IMG/VR virus record: IMGVR_UViG_3300048834_000646
Span: 1-52,993 of that record
DNA length: 52,993 nt
DNA from: a virus
Taxonomy: Duplodnaviria > Caudoviricetes
Reading direction: 5' to 3' (one strand)
The notes under the pieces are model-generated. The model had not been told where the DNA came from. It made no database searches and saw nothing but the letters and a program-made list of their open reading frames with translations. Shown here one piece after another: positions 25,355 through 34,401 of this stretch. Made by a program: the position numbers and the translations under genes. Positions within the stretch are counted from its first letter, which is position 1. Every line of letters starts with the position of its first letter.

Positions 25355-25665
25355 AGCGGATCCGCTGCTGGCTCGTGGGCCACGATCCGGATCCCGGCAG
25401 CCTCCTCTTTCAGGGCACCGCGGTCACGATCTGCCGGCGGTGCGATTCCGTGACGCCGCGCCGCGCCACCGGCTGGGGGAAGGCCGGGAGGAGATCCCGC
25501 CCGCGCCTGCCGCGCGCGATCGAGATCGGCATCGTCGTGCTGATCGTGGCGATCCTGCTCCGGATGGCCCTCGACATGAAGGACTGCCAGTCCCGCGGCG
25601 GGACCTCGGTGCGCGGCGTCTTCTGGCTCGTCTGCGTCCCCTCCTCCGGAGCTCCGCATGAGTGA
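25351..25665 (+). CDS. Membrane protein
   Basis: IRCWLVGH, CRRC, TM IGIVVLIVAILL. Confidence 0.65.
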   Translation: MKRIRCWLVGHDPDPGSLLFQGTAVTICRRCDSVTPRRATGWGKAGRRSRPRLPRAIEIGIVVLIVAILLRMALDMKDCQSRGGTSVRGVFWLVCVPSSGAPHE

Positions 25666-25924
25666 CCCTGCAGCGCCAAGCCCCGAGCGCAGGCTCCCCG
25701 CGCTCTTCGAGATCCCCACCGCCGCGCGCTGCGATACCTGCCGCAGCTGCCGCGCGGTCGGCTACTGGATCACCACGGCCAAGGGGAAGCAGATGTTTGT
25801 CGAGGTCGATCACTCCGATCGCCGGCAGGCAGTCCCCGCCCCGGGGCAGCCCGGGAAGGGGCAGTCCCACTTCATCCGCTGCCCCCAGGCCGGCATGTGG
25901 CGCGGGCGGAAGTCCCCGGCCTAG
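25658..25924 (+). CDS. Zn-binding hypothetical protein
   Basis: CRSC...SHFIRCP. Confidence 0.7.
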   Translation: MSDPAAPSPERRLPALFEIPTAARCDTCRSCRAVGYWITTAKGKQMFVEVDHSDRRQAVPAPGQPGKGQSHFIRCPQAGMWRGRKSPA

Positions 25925-26132
25925 CAGGGCTCCACAACCCCCGGCTCCCCCTCCGGAGGCCCTAGCGGGCCTCCCACCCCTCCCTCCGCACTCTCAAGGC
26001 ATCCTCGGGCCGACGCGCCCTCCTCCGGTCCGGCCTACGGGCCGGCCGGCCGCCTCCGTGGGAAGGGTGAGCGAAGCGAGCCCTTCGGGCCGCGTTTTGC
26101 ACATTTCGGGCGCACTTTCGAGCATGGGACGC

Positions 26133-26161
26133 TTTCACCGCGCCCGCGGGGCTGATAGACT
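26133..26161 (+). promoter_or_regulatory. Putative late promoter upstream of terS
   Basis: TTTCAC-N17-TAGACT with extended TG; GGGGCTGATA shared with the capsid promoter. Confidence 0.55.
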
Positions 26162-26235
26162 CAGGCAGGGTTCTGCTAAGCGGCACTCGATCACGCGCCC
26201 AAGGCGCGGGATTGCTCTCCCTCTCCGATGACACT

Positions 26236-26961
26236 ATGACAGCACGGGCAAGCGGCACCAACGCGCGAGGGAAGCATCCCGGCGGCCGGCCATCCAAGAT
26301 CACCCGCAAGCTGATTGAGGAGATCGCATTAGCGGTCGAGCGCGGTAACTACTTCGAGACCGCCTGCGCGATGTACGGGATCTCCCGGGTGACGAAGCTC
26401 GCGTGGCTGCGGCGGGGACGATCTGCCATAGAGGCAGCAGAGAAGGCGGGGGCGGAGGACAAAGAGAAGGGAAAGATTGAACCGCAGGAGAAGCTCTACG
26501 TCGAGTTTCTTTACGCAATAGAAATCGCGCAGGCGCGCGCCGAGGCGCACGACCTCGGGATCGTGACCGGCGCGGCGGTCGGCGGCATGGATCAGGGCGA
26601 GGTGGTCGAGACGCGCAAAGAGGTGCCGGTGCTCGCCCCGGATGGGAAGGCGGTGCTCGGCCCGGACGGGATGCCCCTCCGCACGACCGAGGTGACCACG
26701 ACGCGCAAGCTCAGCAAGACGCTCCCCACCTGGCAGGCCGCCGCGTGGAAGCTCGAGCGTCGGGATCCGGCCCGCTTCGGCCGGCGCGTGGTCGATGTCA
26801 ACAACAAGCACCAGAACCCGGACGGCTCGCCGCTGGCAGGTCGCGAGAAGCGCGTCCGGCTGTACCTGCCGCACAACGGCCGCGAGGCGAGCGCGGTGGT
26901 CGATAGCGCGCCGCCGGCACCGCCGGTCGCACCGCCCACGGCGGCGGAGCCGACGCCGTGA
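26236..26961 (+). CDS. terS: Terminase small subunit
   Basis: GGRPSKIT, HTH ACAMYGISRVT, WQAAAWKLERR..FG; position before terL. Confidence 0.8.
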   Translation: MTARASGTNARGKHPGGRPSKITRKLIEEIALAVERGNYFETACAMYGISRVTKLAWLRRGRSAIEAAEKAGAEDKEKGKIEPQEKLYVEFLYAIEIAQARAEAHDLGIVTGAAVGGMDQGEVVETRKEVPVLAPDGKAVLGPDGMPLRTTEVTTTRKLSKTLPTWQAAAWKLERRDPARFGRRVVDVNNKHQNPDGSPLAGREKRVRLYLPHNGREASAVVDSAPPAPPVAPPTAAEPTP

Positions 26962-27326
26962 CCACGCCCAGGACGGAGCCGATCGCGATCCCGCGTCTCT
27001 GCGAGCCGTGCCGGCGTCATCTCCTGATCGGCTCCCTGAGGCTCGGGCCCGAGGATCCGTGGGCGGCCGCCGAGGCGCTGGCGCAGCTGCTGATGCTGCA
27101 GCGCATCGTCCGCGATCGCGCGGTGCAACGGGCCACCGAGCGCGACGCTGCCCGCCTCGAGCCGTACCTCGCCGAGCGGGGATGCCCGGGCTGCGCGTGG
27201 CCACTCCTCCTGGAGGATGCGATCGGCGTCCTGCTGCGCGGCGTCTCCCACGCGGCCGCGGTGCTGCAGTTCACCGCGCGCGACCCCTACCATCCGGTCC
27301 GCCGGCCGCGCCCCCGGCCCGCGTGA
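26958..27326 (+). CDS. hypothetical protein between terS and terL
   Basis: GTGA overlaps on both sides; CEPC and CPGC. Confidence 0.65.
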   Translation: MTTPRTEPIAIPRLCEPCRRHLLIGSLRLGPEDPWAAAEALAQLLMLQRIVRDRAVQRATERDAARLEPYLAERGCPGCAWPLLLEDAIGVLLRGVSHAAAVLQFTARDPYHPVRRPRPRPA

Positions 27327-28699
27327 CCCTCGACGCCGAGGCCGTGGCCGAGGTGACGCTCGGCCCGCAGCCCGGGCCGCAGGAAGCCTTTCTCTCCAGC
27401 TCGGCCGACGTGGCCATCTATGGCGGGCAAGCCGGCGGCGGGAAGTCCTTCGGGCTCCTGCTCGAGGCGGCGCGCCATATCGAGAACCCGCGCTATGGCG
27501 GCGTCATCTTCCGGCGCTCCAACCCCGAGATCATGAACGAGGGCGGGCTCTGGGATACGTCGATGACGATCTATCCCTCCCTCGGCGGCGTGCCGATCGA
27601 GGGCAAGTCGGAGTGGCGCTTTCCGGAGTGGGGATCCACGATCCGGTTCGCCCACCTCGAGCACGAGAAGTCGCGGCTCAGCTGGGGCGGCTCGCAGGTT
27701 CCCTTCTTCGGCTGGGACGAGCTGACCACCTTCACCGAAAAGCAGTTCTGGTACATGCTGATTCGGAACCGCTCGGACTCCGGCGTCCGGGGCTACATGC
27801 GCGCGACGACGAATCCCGACGCGGACTCGTGGGTCGCGCGCCTGGTGAAGTGGTGGGTCGATCAGGAGACGGGGTACGCGATCCCCGAGCGCAGCGGGAT
27901 CCTGCGCTGGATGCACCGGCAGGGGGATGAGATCCTGTGGGCCGACTCGCCCGAGGAGCTGATCGCCGAGCATCCCGACGCGCTGCCGAAATCCTTCACC
28001 TTCATCCCCAGCTCGATCTACGACAATCCGATCCTGCTGAAGGGCAACCCGGACTATCTCGCCTCGCTCAAGGCGCTGCACCTGATCGAGCGCGAGCGCA
28101 TGCTGCGCGGCAACTGGAAGATCCGCGCGGAGGCGGGCAACGTCTTCAACCGCGACAACTTCGAAGTGATCGCCGCGCTGCCCGCGGGCTGGCGCTACAT
28201 GGTCCGCCAGTGGGACAAGGCGAGCAGCTCGGACGGGGATTGGACCGCCGGCGTCCTGCTCGCTTACTATCCATCGGGCATGTACGTGGTGGTCGACGTC
28301 AAGCGGGTGCAGTTCCGTCCCGGGGCGCGCGAGACCCTGATCAAGAACACCGCCTCGCAGGATGGCCGCGCGACGGTCGTCGGGCTCTTCCAGGATCCAG
28401 CCGCCGCCGGCGTCACGGATCTGCACGCCACCGTCACGATGCTCGCCGGCTACTCGATCGAGCACGCCGTCGTCAGCGGCGACAAGGTCACGATGGCGTC
28501 CCCCTGCGCGGCGCAAGCCGAGGTGGGCAACATCAAGGTGCTGCGGGCGGAATGGAACGAGGACTTCCTCGCGGAGCTGCACGCCTTTCCGACGCGCGGC
28601 ATTCCGGATGACCAGGTCGACGGATTGACCGGGGCCTTCAACACGATCACCCGACTCAAGAGCAAGCTCCCCACGAAGGTTTCCTCCCGAGGCGCATGA
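27323..28699 (+). CDS. terL: Terminase large subunit
   Basis: PQPGPQ, YGGQAGGGKS, GWDE, ATTNP, WDKA, DDQVD. Confidence 0.95.
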   Translation: MTLDAEAVAEVTLGPQPGPQEAFLSSSADVAIYGGQAGGGKSFGLLLEAARHIENPRYGGVIFRRSNPEIMNEGGLWDTSMTIYPSLGGVPIEGKSEWRFPEWGSTIRFAHLEHEKSRLSWGGSQVPFFGWDELTTFTEKQFWYMLIRNRSDSGVRGYMRATTNPDADSWVARLVKWWVDQETGYAIPERSGILRWMHRQGDEILWADSPEELIAEHPDALPKSFTFIPSSIYDNPILLKGNPDYLASLKALHLIERERMLRGNWKIRAEAGNVFNRDNFEVIAALPAGWRYMVRQWDKASSSDGDWTAGVLLAYYPSGMYVVVDVKRVQFRPGARETLIKNTASQDGRATVVGLFQDPAAAGVTDLHATVTMLAGYSIEHAVVSGDKVTMASPCAAQAEVGNIKVLRAEWNEDFLAELHAFPTRGIPDDQVDGLTGAFNTITRLKSKLPTKVSSRGA

Positions 28700-30258
28700 T
28701 GAGCGACACTCCCGATATCAAACTGCCCGAGTACGCGGCCGCCGCGCCGATCTGGAAGCAGTCCCGCGACGCGCTCGAGGGGACGCGCACGATCCGCGCG
28801 GCAGGGGAGGATTACCTCGCGCGCTTCGCCGGCGAGGGCGACGACGTGTTCGCGCTGCGCCTGAGCGGCGCGGTGTTCTTCAACGGCTTTGCGCGGACCA
28901 TCCGCGCCATGACCGGCCTCGCCACGCAGCGCCCGCCGAAGAAGGTCGACGTGCCGGCGATGGTGGTGAAGCACATGGAGCGCATCGATCGCCGCGGGCG
29001 ATCGCTCAACGCCTTTCTCTCGTCGTCGCTGGACGAGCTGCTCGCGATGGGCTGCGGCGGCATCTTCGTGGACTCGCCGGCCGTCCCGATCGGGCAACGG
29101 CCCGTCTCGCTGGCCGAGGAGCAGCGCCGCGGCCTGCGGCCGTACTGGATGTGGATCGCGCCGGAGGACGTCACCTGGATCGACTGGCGGCTCGTCGGCT
29201 CGGCGATGGTCGTCTCGCACTTCGTCCGGCGCGCGGTCGAGAGCAAGCCGGACGGCCGCTTCGGCGTCGTGGAGGCGGAGGTCTATTGGGAGTATGTCGC
29301 GCCGCTCACCGGCCCGGTGCAATGGTTCAAGTGGGAGTGGGTCGAGAAGGAGGCGAAGAAGAGCGCGAAGAAGGGTCCGAAGAAAGAGAGCGTGCCGGAG
29401 CTCGAGCTGAAGATCACCAGCGAGGGGACGCTCTCCCCGCGCCTGAAGGGGATCCCGTTCGCCAGCTGCCCCGTCGGCAAGGGCAAGCACGATTTCTATC
29501 GCGTCTCCCCGCTGCTCGACCTGCTCGATATCAATCTCCGCCACTACCAGACCGACGCCGCGCTGCACTGGAACCTGCTGATGCAGGCGTATGGCGTCTC
29601 CGTGCGCCTGGGCGCGGTGCCGGACCTCAACGGCGATCTGCCGCCGGTGCCGATGGGCCCCTCGGTCATGGTGGACATTCAGAACCCGCAGGGCGACTTC
29701 AAGATCGTCGGCCCGCCGAGCGAGGCCTTCGAGCCGCAGATGCGATCGATGCAGATGGACGTCACCAACATGGCCACGATCGGGCTCGCGTTCATGCAGC
29801 CGACGACGCGCGCGGCCGAGACGGCCGAAGCGCGCCGCCTCGACATGCAGGCGGGGCAGGCCACGCTGCGCGACGTGCTCGAGCTCTTCAAGGACTGCGC
29901 GGAGGCGGCGACCGCGTTTCACGCGCAGATCATCGGCAAGGCCGACAAGGACGGCGAGGGCGGCAGTCTCGAGTTCGCCTTCGACTTCGATGACTCGCTG
30001 CTCTCGGCCGATCTGCTCAACGCCCTCAGCAACATGCAGGTGAAGGGACAGCTCACGCTCCCGACGCTGCTCAAGGCGGTCGCACTCGGCAAGCTGCCCG
30101 AGGACTTCGATCCGGAGGAGGAAGCGATCGCGGTCCAGCTGCAGGGCATCCCCATGCCGGGAGACGAGCCGATCATCCCGAAGAAGCCCGATCCCGCGCC
30201 GAAGGATCCGGCCGCGGTGCCGCCGGCCGAGCCTGACGCGCCGGGGACCGGCGCGTGA
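28696..30258 (+). CDS. Portal protein (DUF4055-like)
   Basis: Follows terL; 520 aa; YL, RPYW, PLLDL..NLRHYQ, ETAEA motifs. Confidence 0.88.
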   Translation: MMSDTPDIKLPEYAAAAPIWKQSRDALEGTRTIRAAGEDYLARFAGEGDDVFALRLSGAVFFNGFARTIRAMTGLATQRPPKKVDVPAMVVKHMERIDRRGRSLNAFLSSSLDELLAMGCGGIFVDSPAVPIGQRPVSLAEEQRRGLRPYWMWIAPEDVTWIDWRLVGSAMVVSHFVRRAVESKPDGRFGVVEAEVYWEYVAPLTGPVQWFKWEWVEKEAKKSAKKGPKKESVPELELKITSEGTLSPRLKGIPFASCPVGKGKHDFYRVSPLLDLLDINLRHYQTDAALHWNLLMQAYGVSVRLGAVPDLNGDLPPVPMGPSVMVDIQNPQGDFKIVGPPSEAFEPQMRSMQMDVTNMATIGLAFMQPTTRAAETAEARRLDMQAGQATLRDVLELFKDCAEAATAFHAQIIGKADKDGEGGSLEFAFDFDDSLLSADLLNALSNMQVKGQLTLPTLLKAVALGKLPEDFDPEEEAIAVQLQGIPMPGDEPIIPKKPDPAPKDPAAVPPAEPDAPGTGA

Positions 30259-31067
30259 GGTACGTCCACCAGACCGACACGGATCCGGATCCGCCGCACG
30301 ACTTCTACCCCTCGCTGTCGGGGAATCGGCCGGGGCAGATGCGCGCCGAGCTGTACGCGCTCTGTCGGCTCCTGCAGCAGCTGGACTGCGCCTCCTGGCT
30401 CGAGGTCGGCTGCCGGGAGGGCGACGCCTTCCACGCGGTCGCCTCGATGCTGCCGCGCGTCTCGCGCGAGGGGGATCCGCGCGCGACGCGCATGGTGGCG
30501 ATCGAGCTGCCCGAGCAGCTGTGGGGCCGGACGGGAACGCTCCCCATGCTCGAGCGCGCCGCCGACGCCGCGCGCGCGCTGGGGCACGAGGTCGCGGTGC
30601 TGGCCCTGAACAGCCAGGACGCGGAGACGGCGCGTCGCGCGGCCGCGCTCGGCCCCTTCGACGCGGTCCTGATCGATGCGGATCACAGCTATCGCGGCGT
30701 GCGTCGGGATTGGGCGCTGTACGGGCCGCTCGCGCGCAAGATCTGCTGCTTCCACGACATTCACGGCGAGGGGCAGACCACGACGGCCGTCGGGCCCAGC
30801 GACGCGCCGCGCGTCGCGATCGAGGTGCCGAGGCTCTGGCGTGAGATTGTCGACGCCGGCGTCTACGCGACGCTCGAGATCCGCGCCCCCGGCTCCAAGA
30901 TGGGGATTGGTGTCGTCTTCATGCAGGACAACGGCGCGCACGTGCTCACGCCGGCAGAGGCCGCGCGCCGCTTCCCGCATCTCACGCCGGCCGAGCTCGC
31001 CGGCACGCTCGCCGCGCGCGTCGATCGCCTGCTCAGCAAGCGCGCCGCGCAGGGCGCAGGGGCATGA
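30255..31067 (+). CDS. Class I SAM-dependent methyltransferase (Methyltransf_24-like)
   Basis: LEVGCREG, FDAVLIDADHSY..V..D, FHDI, V..LW, GIGVV. Confidence 0.88.
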   Translation: MRYVHQTDTDPDPPHDFYPSLSGNRPGQMRAELYALCRLLQQLDCASWLEVGCREGDAFHAVASMLPRVSREGDPRATRMVAIELPEQLWGRTGTLPMLERAADAARALGHEVAVLALNSQDAETARRAAALGPFDAVLIDADHSYRGVRRDWALYGPLARKICCFHDIHGEGQTTTAVGPSDAPRVAIEVPRLWREIVDAGVYATLEIRAPGSKMGIGVVFMQDNGAHVLTPAEAARRFPHLTPAELAGTLAARVDRLLSKRAAQGAGA

Positions 31068-31351
31068 GCGTCTATCGCCGGCCGAGCCAGGCCAAGGGAT
31101 TCACGCTCGTCGTCATGGATAGCGGCGGCCGCGCCTTCTACCGGCTCGAGGACGCCGACGCGATCGACAACGCGATCGACATGGAGCTGGAGCGCGTCGT
31201 CGTCACGAGCCTCTTCGGCAGTCGCGCGCGCCTGAGCCTTGCCTGCGTCGCGCTCGTGCACCGCGTGCTGCCGGAGGAGCTGGAGGCGGAGATCCTCGAA
31301 GACGAGGCCGAGGAAGCGCACCAGAAGGCTGAGGAGATGCGCGGCAAATGA
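31064..31351 (+). CDS. hypothetical protein
   Basis: ATGA overlaps. Confidence 0.65.
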   Translation: MSVYRRPSQAKGFTLVVMDSGGRAFYRLEDADAIDNAIDMELERVVVTSLFGSRARLSLACVALVHRVLPEELEAEILEDEAEEAHQKAEEMRGK

Positions 31352-32292
31352 GCGCCGCCAGCCTCGCCGCGGCAGCCCTTCGGAATGAGGCGCGAGTGCT
31401 GCGCCTGATCCCGTCGCTCCGTACGGCGTGGCTCGCGACCGTCGAGGGGATCCTGCAGAATTTGCGGATGCGCGCCCTCTTCCAGCCGGGGCAGTCGTCC
31501 CGCGTCCTCGAGACGCTGTTCGCGAGCCCGGAGATCGAGGCGCTCTCGCTGGCCGAGCGGGCGACATGGCGCGACGCGTACGCGCAGGCGGGGACCTGGG
31601 CGCAGCGTGATCTGCCGTCCCGCTATGTGCGCGGCCCCTTCGACGTCACCTCGGTCTCGTCGCTGCGCGTGCTGCGGCGCTGGGAGACGCGGATCTTCGA
31701 TCTGCAGCTCGACGTGGCGAAGCAGGGCCTGCATTACGGCAGCGAGCTGGCATGGGTCCGCGGCATGAAGGCCGAGGCGCGCTATCGGCTCGTCGGCAAC
31801 AGCGTCGGGATCGGTCCCACCTCGTGGGATTGGGTGACCAGCTACCGCGACGACCTGCTCGCCGGCGAGGTAGGATCCGCCCGAGGCCGCCGCCTCCACG
31901 ATCAGCGGTACAAGCTGCGCGGGATCCCGAAGGAGGGCCTGTCGGAGGAGGCGGTCGACAACCTGGTGGCGAAGTATGCCAAGCGCGTGCAGCGCTACCG
32001 GGAGAACACCGCGATTCGCACCGCCGGCCTGAACGCCTATCGCGCAGGGCAGCAGGAATCCGTCGAGCAGGCGATCGCGCTGAACGGCGTCAATGCCTCG
32101 CTCTTCCGCCGGCGCTGGATCACGCGCCTCGATGGCAAGGAGCGGCCGACGCATCACGACATGAACGGCGAGCTGGTGGGCATCAACGAGCCGTGGATCG
32201 TGGACGGAGTAGGGCCACAGATGACGCCGGGAGAGGACGAGTTCAACTGCCGGTGTACCGTGGGGTATGTTATCGGAGTTCCCAAGAAGTAG
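31348..32292 (+). CDS. Head morphogenesis protein (Mu gpF / SPP1 gp7-like)
   Basis: RWITRLDGKERPTHHDMNG...FNCRC. Confidence 0.88.
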   Translation: MSAASLAAAALRNEARVLRLIPSLRTAWLATVEGILQNLRMRALFQPGQSSRVLETLFASPEIEALSLAERATWRDAYAQAGTWAQRDLPSRYVRGPFDVTSVSSLRVLRRWETRIFDLQLDVAKQGLHYGSELAWVRGMKAEARYRLVGNSVGIGPTSWDWVTSYRDDLLAGEVGSARGRRLHDQRYKLRGIPKEGLSEEAVDNLVAKYAKRVQRYRENTAIRTAGLNAYRAGQQESVEQAIALNGVNASLFRRRWITRLDGKERPTHHDMNGELVGINEPWIVDGVGPQMTPGEDEFNCRCTVGYVIGVPKK

Positions 32293-32316
32293 GCTCGCCA
32301 CCCATCGAGGAAGATC

Positions 32317-33105
32317 ATGAAAGCGAAGATCGGCACGCTGGAAGACGTCGCAGAGGGCATGCGCGGAGAGTACGAACCGAATCCCGACACGGCCGAGGGC
32401 GGCTTTGTGCTGAAGCTCGAGGGCGCGGAAACGCATCCCTTCAACCTGGGGCTCGTCCAGAAGAACAAGACGCTGATCAAGGCCGAGAGCGACGCGAAGA
32501 AGGCGCTCGAGGCGTACGGCGGTCGGGATCCGGCGCGGATCAAGGAGCTCGAGGACGCGGCCGCGGCCGCGGAGGATGCACGGCTCCGCGCCGAGGGCAA
32601 TTGGGACGCGAAGGAAGCGGCCGTCCGCAAGCACTACGAGGAGACGGTCATCCCGCCGCTGAAGGCGGATCTCGCGCTCGCCGATACCTTCCTCGAGCGC
32701 ACGCTGGTCAGCGATGCGATTCGGTCGGCGGCCGAGGAGGCGGGCTTCCATGCGAACCTGATCGTGCCCTTCGCCTCGCCGCTGGTGAAGAAGGTCAAGG
32801 TCGACGGAGGATTCGCCGCGCGCGTGCTGGCCGCGGATGGCAAGACCGAGCGCATCGACGGCGCGACCGGTCAGCCGTTCACCGTGCTGCAGCTCCTGAA
32901 GGAGATGGCGGCCAAGGAGGATTATCAGCCGCTCCTCAAGCCGACCGGCGCGGACGGTAGCGGCAGCGGGGATGGCAAGGGCGACAAGGGCGTCAAGGTG
33001 CCCTTCGATCCGAAGAAGGCCACGCAGGCGCAGAAGTCGGCCTTCATCCGGGAGCATGGGATCGCCAAGTGGACCGCGCTGATGGAAGGCGCGAGCGAGG
33101 CCTGA
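32317..33105 (+). CDS. Capsid scaffolding protein
   Basis: Coiled coil, GSG linker, KSAFIREHG C-terminus; directly before the capsid gene. Confidence 0.8.
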   Translation: MKAKIGTLEDVAEGMRGEYEPNPDTAEGGFVLKLEGAETHPFNLGLVQKNKTLIKAESDAKKALEAYGGRDPARIKELEDAAAAAEDARLRAEGNWDAKEAAVRKHYEETVIPPLKADLALADTFLERTLVSDAIRSAAEEAGFHANLIVPFASPLVKKVKVDGGFAARVLAADGKTERIDGATGQPFTVLQLLKEMAAKEDYQPLLKPTGADGSGSGDGKGDKGVKVPFDPKKATQAQKSAFIREHGIAKWTALMEGASEA

Positions 33106-33128
33106 TCGAGCGGCCAGAGCGGAGCGGT

Positions 33129-33163
33129 GACGGCGGGCAGGGGCGATCCCCCTGCCCGCGGTC
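33129..33163 (+). terminator. Strong hairpin after the scaffold gene (no clear U tract)
   Basis: GCGGGCAGGGG / CCCCTGCCCGC 11-bp stem. Confidence 0.5.
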
Positions 33164-33179
33164 GTATCCGGTGGCAGGG

Positions 33180-33209
33180 TTGCGCCTCGCTGCCGGGGGC
33201 TGATACTGT
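33180..33209 (+). promoter_or_regulatory. Putative late promoter for the capsid gene
   Basis: TTGCGC...TG-A-TACTGT; GGGGCTGATA shared with the terS promoter. Confidence 0.55.
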
Positions 33210-33213
33210 TTCC

Positions 33214-33403
33214 CCAGGCAGCAGGGAGACGCACCGGCCAAGCCGGACGCCTTGAGCTGCATCATCGAGCAGGGATCGACTGGCCAAGCCATCGCCCGCG
33301 CTCACCTTCCGCTCCGTGCTAAGCGCGGGCAAGGATGCTCCCACTAGATCCCGGCCCGCGCGTTTGCGTTCGTGGCCGTGGACAACCCCCCGACGAGGTT
33401 GCC
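33214..33403 (+). ncRNA. Structured 5' leader of the capsid gene (candidate cis-regulatory RNA)
   Basis: Three YAA triloop hairpins, mutually exclusive stems, RBS-occluding stem; no convincing ORF. Confidence 0.45.
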
Positions 33404-34384
33404 ATGTCCATCGGAAAGAAGACGGATTTCAAGATCTACCATGAGCAGTTCTTCGGCGGCCAGCTCGAAGCCATCGTGCAGATGATCGATGGATTCAACG
33501 CGGCCAGCCGGAATGCGCTCGTGCTGCAGTCGAAGCTGCTCAAGGGCGACTACGCTTACGAGTCCTTCATGAACGACATCACCCTGATCACGCGGCGCGA
33601 TCCGACCAGCGTGGCGACCGCCGACGACACGGCGATGACGCAGGGCGAGATGATCAGCGTGAAGCTGAACCGCAAGATCGGCCCGGTCGCGAACACGATC
33701 GACTCCTTCCGCAAGATCGCCGCGGATCCGGAGCTCTTCTCCTTCATGTTCGGCCAGATGTTCGGCCCGAAGAAGGTGCAGGAGATGCTCAACACCGCGA
33801 TCTCGGCGCTGGTGGGCGCGATCGGCACCACCACGGCCAACATGTACACCGTGCCGACGAACGGCGTCCTCAGCTTCTCCGGCCTGGTGAACGGCCTCGC
33901 CAAGTTCGGGGATCAGTCTTCGCGGATCACCGCGTGGGTGATGCACTCGAAGTCCTACTTCGATCTCGTCGGGCAGGCGGTCACGGACAAGGTCTATGGC
34001 GTCGCCGACGTCGCGATCTTCGAAGGGACCACCGGCACGCTCGGCCGGCCGGTCATCGTCACCGATGCCCCGGCGCTCAAGATCTCGAGCGGCGGCTCGG
34101 TGCCGACCTACACCTACGCGACGCTCGGCCTGGTCGAGGGCGCAGCGGTCGTGGAGGAAAGCGAGGAGCAGGAGATCGAGAGCCAGCTGATCACCGGCTT
34201 GGAAAACCTCGTCATGCGGATTCAGGGCGAGTACGCCTACAACCTCGGCCTCAAGGGCTACAAGTACGACGTCACGAGCGGCGGGCTCAACCCGGATGCG
34301 ACCGCGGTCGCGCTCGGCACCAATTGGGACAAGGCCGTGACGTACGACAAGAACCTGGCCGGCGTCCGGATCATCTCCACCTGA
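33404..34384 (+). CDS. Major capsid protein
   Basis: GAGG RBS before ATG 33404; FNAAS, WVMHSK, LGRPVIVTD, GTNW; position after scaffold. Confidence 0.92.
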   Translation: MSIGKKTDFKIYHEQFFGGQLEAIVQMIDGFNAASRNALVLQSKLLKGDYAYESFMNDITLITRRDPTSVATADDTAMTQGEMISVKLNRKIGPVANTIDSFRKIAADPELFSFMFGQMFGPKKVQEMLNTAISALVGAIGTTTANMYTVPTNGVLSFSGLVNGLAKFGDQSSRITAWVMHSKSYFDLVGQAVTDKVYGVADVAIFEGTTGTLGRPVIVTDAPALKISSGGSVPTYTYATLGLVEGAAVVEESEEQEIESQLITGLENLVMRIQGEYAYNLGLKGYKYDVTSGGLNPDATAVALGTNWDKAVTYDKNLAGVRIIST

Positions 34385-34401
34385 TCGGCGTCAGTTGAAT
34401 C

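Noticed and set aside
26795-27322. N-terminal extensions in the ORF track (terL 634 aa; also the ORFs starting at 1959, 11093, 12328, 37504, 47088)
   Set aside because: They overlap upstream genes; internal starts with an RBS or stop-start coupling fit better
33106-33403. tRNA, tmRNA, known riboswitch or intron
   Set aside because: No cloverleaf or T-loop, and no conserved core that I could recognise; an Rfam search is still needed
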